Of a stretch of DNA of 64,000 bases, positions 27,896 to 36,776 are shown in pieces (position 1 is the first letter of the stretch; every line of letters begins with the position of its first letter). This stretch comes from Acidobacteriota bacterium. Its GTDB lineage: Bacteria; Acidobacteriota; Thermoanaerobaculia; Gp7-AA8. The translations under genes were made by a program, and so were the position numbers. The notes under the pieces are model-generated. The model had not been told where the DNA came from, ran no database searches, and saw only the letters and a list, made by a program, of their open reading frames with translations. The stretch is taken from assembly GCA_019244185.1 (NCBI GenBank), contig JAFATB010000022.1, forward strand, positions 288,001 through 352,000. The letters run 5' to 3'.

Positions 27896-28885
27896 ATGAA
27901 GGTAGCCACCGAACCCAGCGAATTGCGCATTCTCCACGCCCAGGAGGCGACGCCGCTCTGGCTGCGCCGCTTCACCAAGCTCGTCGCCGGATCGACGCTC
28001 TTCCTGATCTTCGCCGGCGCGATGGTGACGTCCACCGGCTCCGGCCTCGCCGTGCCCGACTGGCCGCTCTCCTACGGCCGCCTCATGCCGCCGATGGTGG
28101 GCGGCATCTTCTACGAGCACGGCCACCGCATGATCGCGGCGACGGTCGGCTTCCTCGTCGTCATCCAGGCGCTCTGGCTGCAGCGCCGCGAGCCGAAGCG
28201 TTTCGTGCGCATCCTCGGCTGGTGCTCGCTCGGCGCCGTCTGCGCGCAGGGCGCGCTCGGCGGCATCACCGTCCTGCTGCTGCTCCCGAAATCGGTCTCG
28301 GTCTCGCACGCGGGCCTCGCCGAGATCTTCTTCTGTCTCAACGTCTCCATCGCCTTCTTCACGTCGAACTGGTATCGCTCGCTGCAGGAGTTCGAGAAGG
28401 GCGACGCGCCGGTGGCGATGGCCACGACGCTGACCGTGCTCGTCTATCTGCAGATCCTCGCCGGCGCAGTGATGCGCCACCTCGGCGCGGGCCTCGCGAT
28501 CCCTGATTTCCCGCGCTCGTTCGGGCGCTGGATTCCGGCGTTCACGTCGAAGGAGATCGTCGCCGCGTTCGTGCATCGCGCGGGCGCCGGCATCGTCGCG
28601 CTGGCCGTGATCGCGATGGCGATCCGCCTCCTGCGCTACGACCGCAATCATCCGCTCCGCTTTCTCGGCTCGTTGCTGCTCGTCGTGGTCGCCGCGCAGA
28701 TCTCGCTCGGCGGCTATGTGATCTGGTCGGGCAAGCAGCCGCACATCACCAGCCTGCACGTCGCGCTCGGCGCGTCGACGCTCGCGCTTTCGCTCGTGCT
28801 CACGCTCTCCGCGCGCACGCTGGCGTGGAAAAAAGCGCGCGCGCAGCGAGCCGGTGCGTTCCTCGCTAGCGAGGTGGCGGTATGA
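27896..28885 (+). CDS. ctaA: Heme A synthase (COX15/CtaA)
   Basis: GAMVTSTGSGLAVPDWP; EHGHR; further conserved His residues; multiple TMs. Confidence 0.88.
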   Translation: MKVATEPSELRILHAQEATPLWLRRFTKLVAGSTLFLIFAGAMVTSTGSGLAVPDWPLSYGRLMPPMVGGIFYEHGHRMIAATVGFLVVIQALWLQRREPKRFVRILGWCSLGAVCAQGALGGITVLLLLPKSVSVSHAGLAEIFFCLNVSIAFFTSNWYRSLQEFEKGDAPVAMATTLTVLVYLQILAGAVMRHLGAGLAIPDFPRSFGRWIPAFTSKEIVAAFVHRAGAGIVALAVIAMAIRLLRYDRNHPLRFLGSLLLVVVAAQISLGGYVIWSGKQPHITSLHVALGASTLALSLVLTLSARTLAWKKARAQRAGAFLASEVAV

Positions 28886-29772
28886 GCGTCGTCATCGAAA
28901 CCGCGCGTCCGTCGTTCGCGTCGGTGACGCGCGACTACCTCGAGCTCTCGAAGTCGCGCATCGTATTGATGGTGCTGATCACCACCGCCGCCGGCTACTT
29001 CTTCGCCGCGCCGCACGTCGATCCTCTGCTCTTCCTGCACGCGCTCATCGGCACCGCGCTCGTCGCCGCCGGCACGAACGCGCTGAATCAGTTCGTCGAG
29101 CGCGAGCACGACGCGAAGATGCTCCGCACGCGCACGCGGCCCCTTCCTGCGGGCCGCATCACGCCGCGCGCGGCACTCGTCTTCTCCGCCGCCATCGCCG
29201 TCGCCGGCACGCTCTACCTCGGCGTGGCAGTCAACTGGTTGACTGCTTTGCTCGGCGTGGTCACGCTGGCCAGCTACATCTTCGTCTACACGCCGCTCAA
29301 GCGCGTGTCGACGATCTGCACGCTCGTCGGCGCGATTCCGGGTGCGATTCCGCCGCTCATGGGCTGGACCGCCGCGACGAATCAGCTCGCCGTCGGCGGC
29401 TGGATCCTCTTCGGCATCCTCTTCCTCTGGCAGCTCCCGCACTTCATGGCCATCAGCTGGATGTACCGCGACGACTACGCGCGCGGCGGCTTCGCCATGC
29501 TGTCGGTGCGCGACGGCGACGGCACCGCCGTGGCCGGCCAGGCCATCTACTACTCGCTCGGCCTTCTCGGCGTGTCCGTGCTCCCGACGCTCTACGGCCT
29601 CGCCGGCCCGTTCTATCTCGCCGGCGCGGTCGCCGCCGGCAGCGCGCTGCTCGTCGCCGCGATCCGCTTCTTCTTTCACCGCGGCGCGCGCAACGCGCGC
29701 AAGCTGTTCATGCTCTCGAACCTCTATCTTCTGACCGTGATGGTCCTCCTCGTCCTCGATGCGCGCCGCTAA
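28882..29772 (+). CDS. ctaB: Heme O synthase (protoheme IX farnesyltransferase)
   Basis: DAKMLRTRTRPLPAG; YTPLKR; WQLPHF; DYARGG. Confidence 0.95.
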   Translation: MSVVIETARPSFASVTRDYLELSKSRIVLMVLITTAAGYFFAAPHVDPLLFLHALIGTALVAAGTNALNQFVEREHDAKMLRTRTRPLPAGRITPRAALVFSAAIAVAGTLYLGVAVNWLTALLGVVTLASYIFVYTPLKRVSTICTLVGAIPGAIPPLMGWTAATNQLAVGGWILFGILFLWQLPHFMAISWMYRDDYARGGFAMLSVRDGDGTAVAGQAIYYSLGLLGVSVLPTLYGLAGPFYLAGAVAAGSALLVAAIRFFFHRGARNARKLFMLSNLYLLTVMVLLVLDARR

Positions 29773-30319
29773 GTTCGCGTTGTTCGTTCTGCTCGCCGTC
29801 TCCTGCGCGCGCCGCTCCGATCTGCCGCGCCTCTTTCCCGTGCCGGACGCGAAGTTCGTCGACGACACCGGCAAGCCGCTCGCCCTCGCGTCGCTCAAGG
29901 GCAACGTCGTCGTCTACGACTTCATCTTCACGAGCTGCACGGGCGTCTGCCCGATCATGTCGAACAACATGAAGCAGGTCGTGGCGAAGGTCGCGAAAGA
30001 CGCGCCAGTGCGCTTCGTCTCGATCAGCGTCGATCCGCAGCGCGACACGCCGAAGCTGCTCTCCGACTACGCGCTGCGCTTCCGCAACGATGCGCGCTGG
30101 ACGTTCCTCACCGGCGACCGCACCGAGATCGTGCGCGCGGCGGTGCAGGGCTTCAAGCTCGCCGCGGGCGATCCGACGCCGGGCGGTGAGGCGCTGCTGC
30201 ACAGCTCGAAGTTCGCGGTCGCGGACAAAGAGGGGATGATCCGCGCGTACTTTGACGCCTCGAACGGCGAGGCGATCGATCAGGTCGCGAACGCCGTGGC
30301 CGAGCTCGCGGAAGAATGA
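29759..30319 (+). CDS. SCO1/SenC copper chaperone lipoprotein
   Basis: Lipobox LAVSC; FTSCTGVCP; SVDPQRDTP; LHS. Confidence 0.9.
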   Translation: MRAAKFALFVLLAVSCARRSDLPRLFPVPDAKFVDDTGKPLALASLKGNVVVYDFIFTSCTGVCPIMSNNMKQVVAKVAKDAPVRFVSISVDPQRDTPKLLSDYALRFRNDARWTFLTGDRTEIVRAAVQGFKLAAGDPTPGGEALLHSSKFAVADKEGMIRAYFDASNGEAIDQVANAVAELAEE

Positions 30320-30338
30320 CGCGTATCATGGCGCGCGC

Positions 30339-30770
30339 ATGGCGCCGTCGCAGTTCTTCCCCCCGCTCAATGCGTCGCTGAATGCGCTGAGCGGCGTCTT
30401 TCTCCTCATCGGCTACGTCCTCATCAAGCGCCGCAACATCGCCTGGCATCGCCGCTTCATGCTCGCCGCGTGCTGCACGTCGCTCGCGTTTCTCGCGTGC
30501 TACGTCACGTACCACACGCTGCGCGGCGGCGTGGTGACGCGCTTCGCCGGCACGGGTGCGATCCGCACGTTCTATCTGACGATGCTGACCACGCACACGA
30601 TCCTGGCGGTCGTCATCGTGCCGCTGGCGATCATCAGCGTCACGAACGGGCTGAAGATGCGCGTGGCGCGGCACCGTGCCGTGGCGCGCTGGACGTTCCC
30701 GCTGTGGATGTACGTCTCGGTGACGGGCGTGCTGGTCTACTTCTTCCTCTATCATTGGTACCCGTCATGA
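30339..30770 (+). CDS. DUF420 family membrane protein
   Basis: PLNASLN; HRRFM; HTILA; WMYVSVTGVLVY. Typical neighbour of cta genes. Confidence 0.85.
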   Translation: MAPSQFFPPLNASLNALSGVFLLIGYVLIKRRNIAWHRRFMLAACCTSLAFLACYVTYHTLRGGVVTRFAGTGAIRTFYLTMLTTHTILAVVIVPLAIISVTNGLKMRVARHRAVARWTFPLWMYVSVTGVLVYFFLYHWYPS

Positions 30771-31735
30771 AGCGAGCGTTCCTGCTGTCGCTGCTCGTGC
30801 TTTCCACCTCCGCGCTGCGTGCGGCGCCGCTGCAACACGCCAGCGCCTTCCAGCTGCACAACGGCTTCTGGGTGAACCTCAACGATGCGCTCTACAACGA
30901 GGCGCATGGTTCCGACTCCAGCGGCGAGCCGAAGATCGTGCCGCTCGAGCCGCGGCTCACGGGCGCCGAGCAGGTGGTGTGGCACGAGGCGGTCGACGCG
31001 TACCGCCGCACGATCGGGAAGATGGAGTTCGTCCGCGACGACGAGCTCAATCAGGTCCTCGACGAGCTCGCGAAGGTCGACGCCGGCGCGCCGCTCGCGT
31101 CGGCGAAGCTGCGGCCGCTCGTCATCGCCGCGTTGCGCGACGCCGCGCCGATCTATCGCAAACGCGAGTGGCCGGCCACGCGCCGCCTCAACGACGCGAT
31201 CATCGCCGCCGCGCGCAAGCGCATGCCCGCGTACGAGGCGAAACTGTTCCACCGCCTCGACGCGCTCTATCGCGAGCCGCTGCACCGCCCCGCGCGCATC
31301 GACGTCGTGAAGTACGCGATGTGGGCCGGCGCGTACACGCGCATCGAAGACGACGGCACGCCGGCGACGATCTTCGCCTCGAGCAATGAGGCGCAGCGCG
31401 GCATGCATCAGGTCGAGATCTTTTTCCACGAGGCGTCGCACTCGGTGATCTTTCCGCGCGGCGGCGTGGTGATGAACGCGATCAACGGGCAGTGCAAGAC
31501 CTCGCGCGACTTCTGGCACGTGCTGCTCTTCTACACCGTCGGCACGGCCACGACGGAACTGGCCGGATCGAACTACATGCCCACCGCCGACGGCTACGGC
31601 CTCTACAAGATCCCCGGCTGGGACCGCGCGCACGACGTGCTCGAACGCGAATGGCAGCCGTACATCGCCGGAAAGCGTTCGTTCGAGGACGCCGTCGCCG
31701 GAATCTGCCGCTCGTACGGAGGAAGCAAGCCTTGA
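30767..31735 (+). CDS. Secreted hypothetical protein with an HExxH motif
   Basis: Signal peptide MKRAFLLSLLVLSTSALRA; FFHEASH. Confidence 0.6.
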   Translation: MKRAFLLSLLVLSTSALRAAPLQHASAFQLHNGFWVNLNDALYNEAHGSDSSGEPKIVPLEPRLTGAEQVVWHEAVDAYRRTIGKMEFVRDDELNQVLDELAKVDAGAPLASAKLRPLVIAALRDAAPIYRKREWPATRRLNDAIIAAARKRMPAYEAKLFHRLDALYREPLHRPARIDVVKYAMWAGAYTRIEDDGTPATIFASSNEAQRGMHQVEIFFHEASHSVIFPRGGVVMNAINGQCKTSRDFWHVLLFYTVGTATTELAGSNYMPTADGYGLYKIPGWDRAHDVLEREWQPYIAGKRSFEDAVAGICRSYGGSKP

Positions 31736-32346
31736 CCTCTCCCGCACCGATCCTCGAGAGCGATCTCGAACGGAGTCCGTTCGCGCAGTTCAGCCGCTGG
31801 TTCGACGAGGCGCGGCAGCGCCAGCCGCAGATGCCCGAGGCCATGACGCTGTCGACGTGCGGCAACGATGGCGCGGTGAGCTCGCGGGTGGTGCTGCTCA
31901 AAGGCTTCGATGCGCGCGGCTTCGTCTTCTTCACGAACTACAGCAGCCGCAAGGGCGCGCAGATCAGCGAGAACCCGCGCGTGTCGCTCTGCTTCTTCTG
32001 GCCCGTGCTCGAACGCCAGGTGCGCGTCGAGGGCGCGGCGGTGAAGACGACCGAGGAAGAATCGGACGCGTACTTTGCGACGCGGCCGCGCGGCAGTCAG
32101 CTCGGCGCGTGGGCGTCGATGCAGAGCTCCGTCATCCCCGGACGTGGCGATCTCGATCAGCGCTTCCGCGACATGGAGAGCGGCTATCGCGATCTCCCCG
32201 TGCCGCGTCCGCCGCACTGGGGCGGCTTCCGCGTGATCCCGGTGGCGATCGAGTTCTGGCAGGGGAGAGCCGACCGTCTGCACGACCGCTTCGTCTACCG
32301 GCTGCGCGAGCCGAAGGACTGGATCATCGAGAGGTTGTCGCCTTGA
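31732..32346 (+). CDS. pdxH: Pyridoxine/pyridoxamine 5'-phosphate oxidase
   Basis: TTG start after GGAGG. RVVLLK, FFTNYSSRKG, RPRGSQLGAWAS, EFWQGR..RLHDR. Confidence 0.93.
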   Translation: MTSPAPILESDLERSPFAQFSRWFDEARQRQPQMPEAMTLSTCGNDGAVSSRVVLLKGFDARGFVFFTNYSSRKGAQISENPRVSLCFFWPVLERQVRVEGAAVKTTEEESDAYFATRPRGSQLGAWASMQSSVIPGRGDLDQRFRDMESGYRDLPVPRPPHWGGFRVIPVAIEFWQGRADRLHDRFVYRLREPKDWIIERLSP

Positions 32347-32786
32347 CCGAGACATCTGAAACGGCCGCCGCGAAAAAGCGCGTGCTGTTTCTCTGCACCG
32401 GCAACGCCGCGCGTTCGCAGATGGCCGAGGGACTGGCACGGGCGTACCACGGCGACGTGCTCGACGTCGTCTCGGCCGGCTCGCATCCCGCGGGTTGGGT
32501 GCATCCGCTGGCCATTCGCGCGCTGGGCGAGCTCGGGATCGACATCAGCGGCGCGACGTCGAAATCCGCGGAGCCGTTTCTCAACGAGCCGTTCGACGTG
32601 GTGGTGACGGTGTGCGATTTGGCGGCGCAGGATTGCCCGAACTGGCCGGGCGCAAAACGCGTCGAGCACTGGCCGATCAAGGATCCGTCGTGGGGCATCG
32701 ACGATCCGAAGACGCGGATGGACCGCTTCATCGCGACGCGCGATGAGCTCGCGCGCCGCATCGAAGATCTGGTGCGGACGCTCTGA
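32343..32786 (+). CDS. arsC: Thioredoxin-coupled arsenate reductase (LMW-PTP fold)
   Basis: CTGNAARSQMAE P-loop; VTVC..AAQDCP resolving cysteines; HWPIKDP. Confidence 0.8.
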   Translation: MTETSETAAAKKRVLFLCTGNAARSQMAEGLARAYHGDVLDVVSAGSHPAGWVHPLAIRALGELGIDISGATSKSAEPFLNEPFDVVVTVCDLAAQDCPNWPGAKRVEHWPIKDPSWGIDDPKTRMDRFIATRDELARRIEDLVRTL

Positions 32787-32795
32787 CGCGCCGCG

Positions 32796-32858
32796 CTATT
32801 TCTTGTCTTTCTTCGGCTTCTTCGTTTCTTTCTTGCGGGCGTTGTTGCCTTTGGCCAT
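32796..32858 (-). CDS. Putative 20-aa lysine-rich microprotein MAKGNNARKKETKKPKKDKK
   Basis: SD GGAGGAGG just before the ATG; -10-like TACCAT upstream. Confidence 0.6.
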   Translation of the reverse strand: MAKGNNARKKETKKPKKDKK

Positions 32859-32890
32859 GACGTCCTCCTCCACAAGATGGTAACGCACTC

Positions 32891-33052
32891 GTGTCGCGTC
32901 GAGCGCGAAACGGTGGGCGCTTTGCGACGCCGGCGACGCGGAAGCAAGCCGGCGCGACGCAGGCGATGCTGGGACATCGTCGAGGAGCGACGGCGCCGCA
33001 GGCGGGTTGCCGCCGCCGCAAAGCGCCCACCGTTTCGGGCCCGACGCGACAC
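32891..33052. repeat. Long imperfect inverted repeat (36-bp arms, 34/36 match, 90-nt spacer)
   Basis: 32891-32926 GTGTCGCGTCGAGCGCGAAACGGTGGGCGCTTTGCG matches the reverse complement of 33017-33052. Confidence 0.85.
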
Positions 33053-33930
33053 TAGAGCGCGTGCGATGCATTCGGCACGAGCACGCGCAGCGACTGCGGT
33101 CGCACGCGGATGCGCAGTTCGGCGGGCAGCATCACCGGCTCGCCGTCGAGATGCGCCGCTCCCTCGCTCGCGCGGCGGATCGTGATCTCCGCGGCGCGCA
33201 CGTTCGTCACGCCGCGCGCGCGATGGAACGTGCCGCGGAAGAGTTGCGCGATCATCCAGGGCGCGCGCAGCAGCGACGGCGCGCGCACCACGACGACGTC
33301 CAGCAGGCCATCGCGCACGGACGCGAGCGGCGCCACGCGCGCGTTGTTGCCGTACTGTCCCGCATTCGCGATCGCGACGAGCAGCGCCTCGTCGCGCAGC
33401 GTTTCGCTGTTCCACGCGAGCTCGTAGGTCTCCGATTCAAACGAGCGAAACGCGCGCGCGCCTTCCTGCACGTACGTCCACAATCCGCGCACGTGACTCG
33501 CGGCGAAGCGATGCGCGACGAGCGCGTCGAAGCCGATGCCCATGATGCCGAGGAACGGCGTGCCGTTCACTTCGGCCGTGTCGATCGTGACGAGCGTGCC
33601 GGCGCTGCACGACGCGAGCGAGCGGCGCGGCTCGACCGGCAATCCGAGGTGGCGCGCGAAGCCGTTGCCGGAACCGATCGGCAGAATGCCGAGCGCGGGC
33701 TTGCGTCCGATGAGCCGCTTCGCGGTCTCGTGCACGGTGCCGTCGCCGCCGACGGCGTACACGACGTCGATGCCTTCCGCTTCGGCGCGGTCGACGATCG
33801 CATCGAGATCCGACTTCTCCCGCGACGGCACGACGTCGTGCGGCCAGACGCACGACGCGCGGATCAGCTCCGCGACGTCGAACTTGCGCCGCCGCCCGGA
33901 GCGTTCGTTGATGACGAAGAGTGCTCTCAC
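33052..33930 (-). CDS. Diacylglycerol/lipid kinase family protein (YegS/DgkB-like)
   Basis: GTG 33930 overlaps the upstream stop. INERSG, VGGDGTVHE, PIGSGNGFAR, GIGFDA, HLDGE. Confidence 0.88.
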   Translation of the reverse strand: MRALFVINERSGRRRKFDVAELIRASCVWPHDVVPSREKSDLDAIVDRAEAEGIDVVYAVGGDGTVHETAKRLIGRKPALGILPIGSGNGFARHLGLPVEPRRSLASCSAGTLVTIDTAEVNGTPFLGIMGIGFDALVAHRFAASHVRGLWTYVQEGARAFRSFESETYELAWNSETLRDEALLVAIANAGQYGNNARVAPLASVRDGLLDVVVVRAPSLLRAPWMIAQLFRGTFHRARGVTNVRAAEITIRRASEGAAHLDGEPVMLPAELRIRVRPQSLRVLVPNASHAL

Positions 33931-34577
33931 GCGCGCGCCTGGCGATGCTTGTCGATCCACCACGCCCACGGCACGAACAGCCACGCCGCGAGCGCGGCCG
34001 ACGCGACGGCCTGCCAGCTCGGCGGCGGCGGCGAGAGGACGTTCATCACGTAGATGATGCCGAGGAAGAGCACGAGCGCCCACAATGCGAGGCTGCCGAT
34101 CCGGTCGCGCGCGGTCGTCGCGCGGAGATAGAGCGCGAGTCCGCCGAGGAACAGCGCTGCTTCGACGACGACCGTCGCGGCGACGTGGTTCCAGAGTGCG
34201 AGCCCGACCTTCGGTCCGCCCGGCCAGAGCGCGAGATCGCGCGTATGCGTGACGAAGTCGAGCACCCAGTGGCTGAACACCGCCGCGCCGACGACCCATG
34301 CGTCGCGCCACGGCTTGCGGAACGCGCGATACAGCAGCGCGCCGAGGATCGACCAGCCGAGCGCACCGGCGGCGCTGTGCGTGATCGGGTAGTCGTAAAA
34401 GTCGAGCGGCGTGAACGCGGTGTTGTGCGGCGCAATGCGGAAGTGCTCGACGCCGGCGAGCGTCAGGATCGGCCACACGAGATCGAGCCCCATCGCCGCC
34501 GCGAAGAGCACGCCGAGCGACACGCGCGGCGCGACGCGTTTCGCGCCGAAGGCAGCGGCGTGATGGCCGATGAACAT
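33927..34577 (-). CDS. Membrane-bound metal-dependent hydrolase family protein
   Basis: MFIGH, DLVWP, THS, SHWVLD motifs with TMs. Confidence 0.7.
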   Translation of the reverse strand: MFIGHHAAAFGAKRVAPRVSLGVLFAAAMGLDLVWPILTLAGVEHFRIAPHNTAFTPLDFYDYPITHSAAGALGWSILGALLYRAFRKPWRDAWVVGAAVFSHWVLDFVTHTRDLALWPGGPKVGLALWNHVAATVVVEAALFLGGLALYLRATTARDRIGSLALWALVLFLGIIYVMNVLSPPPPSWQAVASAALAAWLFVPWAWWIDKHRQARA

Positions 34578-34608
34578 GCGCCATTTTAGGCGCGCCGACA
34601 CGGGCGCG

Positions 34609-36096
34609 TCAGAACTGCGCGAAGCGCATGGCGCTCAGCAGCCAGACGCCGATGCCGGCGAGCGGCAGCCAGCGCGGCACGAGCCGCGCACGTGCGACGA
34701 GCCAGAGACAGCCGGTGAGCAGCGCGAGGACGAACAGTTGCGCGAAGATGATGTTGCCGAGCTGCTCGCGATGGAAACGGGCGGCGCCGAGGTCGCGCCA
34801 GACGAGGTAGGGATCGTCCTTCTGCAGCGTGCGCATCGAGCTCGTATCGAGGCGCAGCTGTTCGACGCGGATCGCCTCCTGCGGCGTCATGCGGATGGCT
34901 TGGCCCGTGTGCAGGTACGCGAGCACCGGCTGGCGGAGCAGCGTGTCGGCGAAGGCGAGGAAGCCGCAGATTGCGGCGACGGCGATGAACGCCGCGCGCC
35001 AGCGCCGATCGTCCCACAGGCGATGCGCGACGTAGCCGTAGGCGACGAGTGCCGCAAGCGCGACCGGCACCGCGCGGCGTGGATTGAGCTCCCAGTCCCA
35101 GCCATCGGCGAGACATTGTTCGAGGAAGTAGAAACACGGCACCAGCGCGACGAGGAGCCATGGCGTTCCGATGCGCGGCCGCAGGCGAAGCAGCAGAACG
35201 ATCGCGACGAGCAGCACCGGCCACGGCACCATCGCCAGGATCTGATGCACGCCGGCGTGCAGCCCGATGTGCGTGGCGACGAACGGCTGCAGCGCGTGCT
35301 CGATGGGATGTTTCACGAACTGGTACCACGCGGAGAGCACCGGACGGATGAAGCGCTGCCGCAGCTCCGTCGACATCGTGTCGTGACTCGCTTTGCGCAG
35401 CCACGCCGACCACACCAGCGTCGGCACGAGCGCGGCGATCGCGTAGAACGCGTAGTCGCGTTTGCGCGCGAAGCGCCGCACGGCGAGCACGTACGTCACG
35501 AGCGCGCCGAGCCAGACATACGGATCGTAGTTGAGGGTGAAGATCGCGGTGGCCAGGCCGAGGATCCACGGGTTGCGCGCGTCGTCGTCCTCCAATGCGA
35601 GCACGGCCAGGAACGTCAACCAGTTGACCATCGTGCCGAGGACGTACTGCATCGGCTGGCCGATGTACTCGACGTAGATCGGCAGCGTGAACGCGATCAT
35701 CAGCGTCAGCAGCGTCGCCGGACGTCGCACGCCGACGCGTTCGCCGAAGTTGACGCCCGCGTACGCGAAGAGCATCGCGAAGAGAAAGCCGGCGATGAAG
35801 CTGCCGATGAGATACGAGTGCGTGAACGCGCTCGCGAGCGACGACACGAACGAATGCAGCGGCAAACGCATGTTCTGCGCTTCCGTCCACGCCACCGGCG
35901 AGCCCTCGTAGAAGAAGAGCGTGATGCTCTTCACCATCTGCGCGTCGCCGTTCACCACCGCGCCGTTGATGCGCGACGACCAGCCGTCGAACATCGCCCA
36001 GCCGTACGAGTATGGCGAGCGGTCGGTGAGGTGCGTGAGCCCAATCGCGAGCAGCCACGCCCACAGCGCGGCCACCATTGCCCACTTCCGCCTCAC
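34609..36096 (-). CDS. Polytopic membrane protein, possibly GT-C-like
   Basis: About 10 hydrophobic segments; translationally coupled to the MarC gene. Confidence 0.55.
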   Translation of the reverse strand: MRRKWAMVAALWAWLLAIGLTHLTDRSPYSYGWAMFDGWSSRINGAVVNGDAQMVKSITLFFYEGSPVAWTEAQNMRLPLHSFVSSLASAFTHSYLIGSFIAGFLFAMLFAYAGVNFGERVGVRRPATLLTLMIAFTLPIYVEYIGQPMQYVLGTMVNWLTFLAVLALEDDDARNPWILGLATAIFTLNYDPYVWLGALVTYVLAVRRFARKRDYAFYAIAALVPTLVWSAWLRKASHDTMSTELRQRFIRPVLSAWYQFVKHPIEHALQPFVATHIGLHAGVHQILAMVPWPVLLVAIVLLLRLRPRIGTPWLLVALVPCFYFLEQCLADGWDWELNPRRAVPVALAALVAYGYVAHRLWDDRRWRAAFIAVAAICGFLAFADTLLRQPVLAYLHTGQAIRMTPQEAIRVEQLRLDTSSMRTLQKDDPYLVWRDLGAARFHREQLGNIIFAQLFVLALLTGCLWLVARARLVPRWLPLAGIGVWLLSAMRFAQF

Positions 36097-36764
36097 GACG
36101 CTCCTCGGATGATCTCCACCAGCACCGGCTTCAAGCCATTGATCATGAATTGCACGCCGATCGCGCCGAGGAGCAGGGCCATGACTTTCGTGAAGACGGC
36201 GCGGCCGCGGTCGCCGATGAAGCGCGAGAGCGGCAGCGCCGCGAGCAGCGTCACGTACGACACCGCGCCGACGCCGACGATGGCCAGGATCACCGCGGCC
36301 TTGTGCTCCATGCGCGGGTAGAGGTTCACGAGCAGCATCGTCGACGTGATCGCCCCGGGCCCGGACAGCATCGGCACTGCCAGCGGCACGACGGCGATCG
36401 ACGACGGATCGATCTCCGCCTTCTCGACGTCGTGGTCTTCCATCCGCTTCTCGCCGCCGATGTTGTACGCGCGCCGCTCGTCGTGCTCGACCAGCGTGCG
36501 CAGCGCGTTCGTGAAGAAGATGATGCCGCCCATGATCTGGAACGCGGGAACCGTGATGCCGAAGAACTGGAAGACCCAGTTGCCGGCGACGAGGAAGATC
36601 GTCAGCACGGCGATGCAGGCCATCGACGCGACCAGCGCGACGCGCGCGCGGCCGGCGCGCGAGACGCCATCCGTCAGCGCCACGAACGACGGAATCACCG
36701 CGAGCGGGTTGACCATCGTGATCAGCGTGATGAAGGACAGCAGGACGACTTTCGACAGCGGCAT
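36093..36764 (-). CDS. MarC family membrane protein
   Basis: VNPLAVIP; FGITVPAFQIMGGII; VPLAVPMLSGPGAI. Confidence 0.9.
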   Translation of the reverse strand: MPLSKVVLLSFITLITMVNPLAVIPSFVALTDGVSRAGRARVALVASMACIAVLTIFLVAGNWVFQFFGITVPAFQIMGGIIFFTNALRTLVEHDERRAYNIGGEKRMEDHDVEKAEIDPSSIAVVPLAVPMLSGPGAITSTMLLVNLYPRMEHKAAVILAIVGVGAVSYVTLLAALPLSRFIGDRGRAVFTKVMALLLGAIGVQFMINGLKPVLVEIIRGAS

Positions 36765-36776
36765 CGGCGCGCGGGA

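Noticed and set aside
32343-32786. Arsenic resistance operon
   Set aside because: Only a lone arsC-like gene; no arsR, acr3 or arsB nearby.
32891-33052. 6S RNA or riboswitch assignment for the long hairpin
   Set aside because: No recognisable conserved motif, and the stem is more perfect than typical 6S RNA. Needs an Rfam scan.
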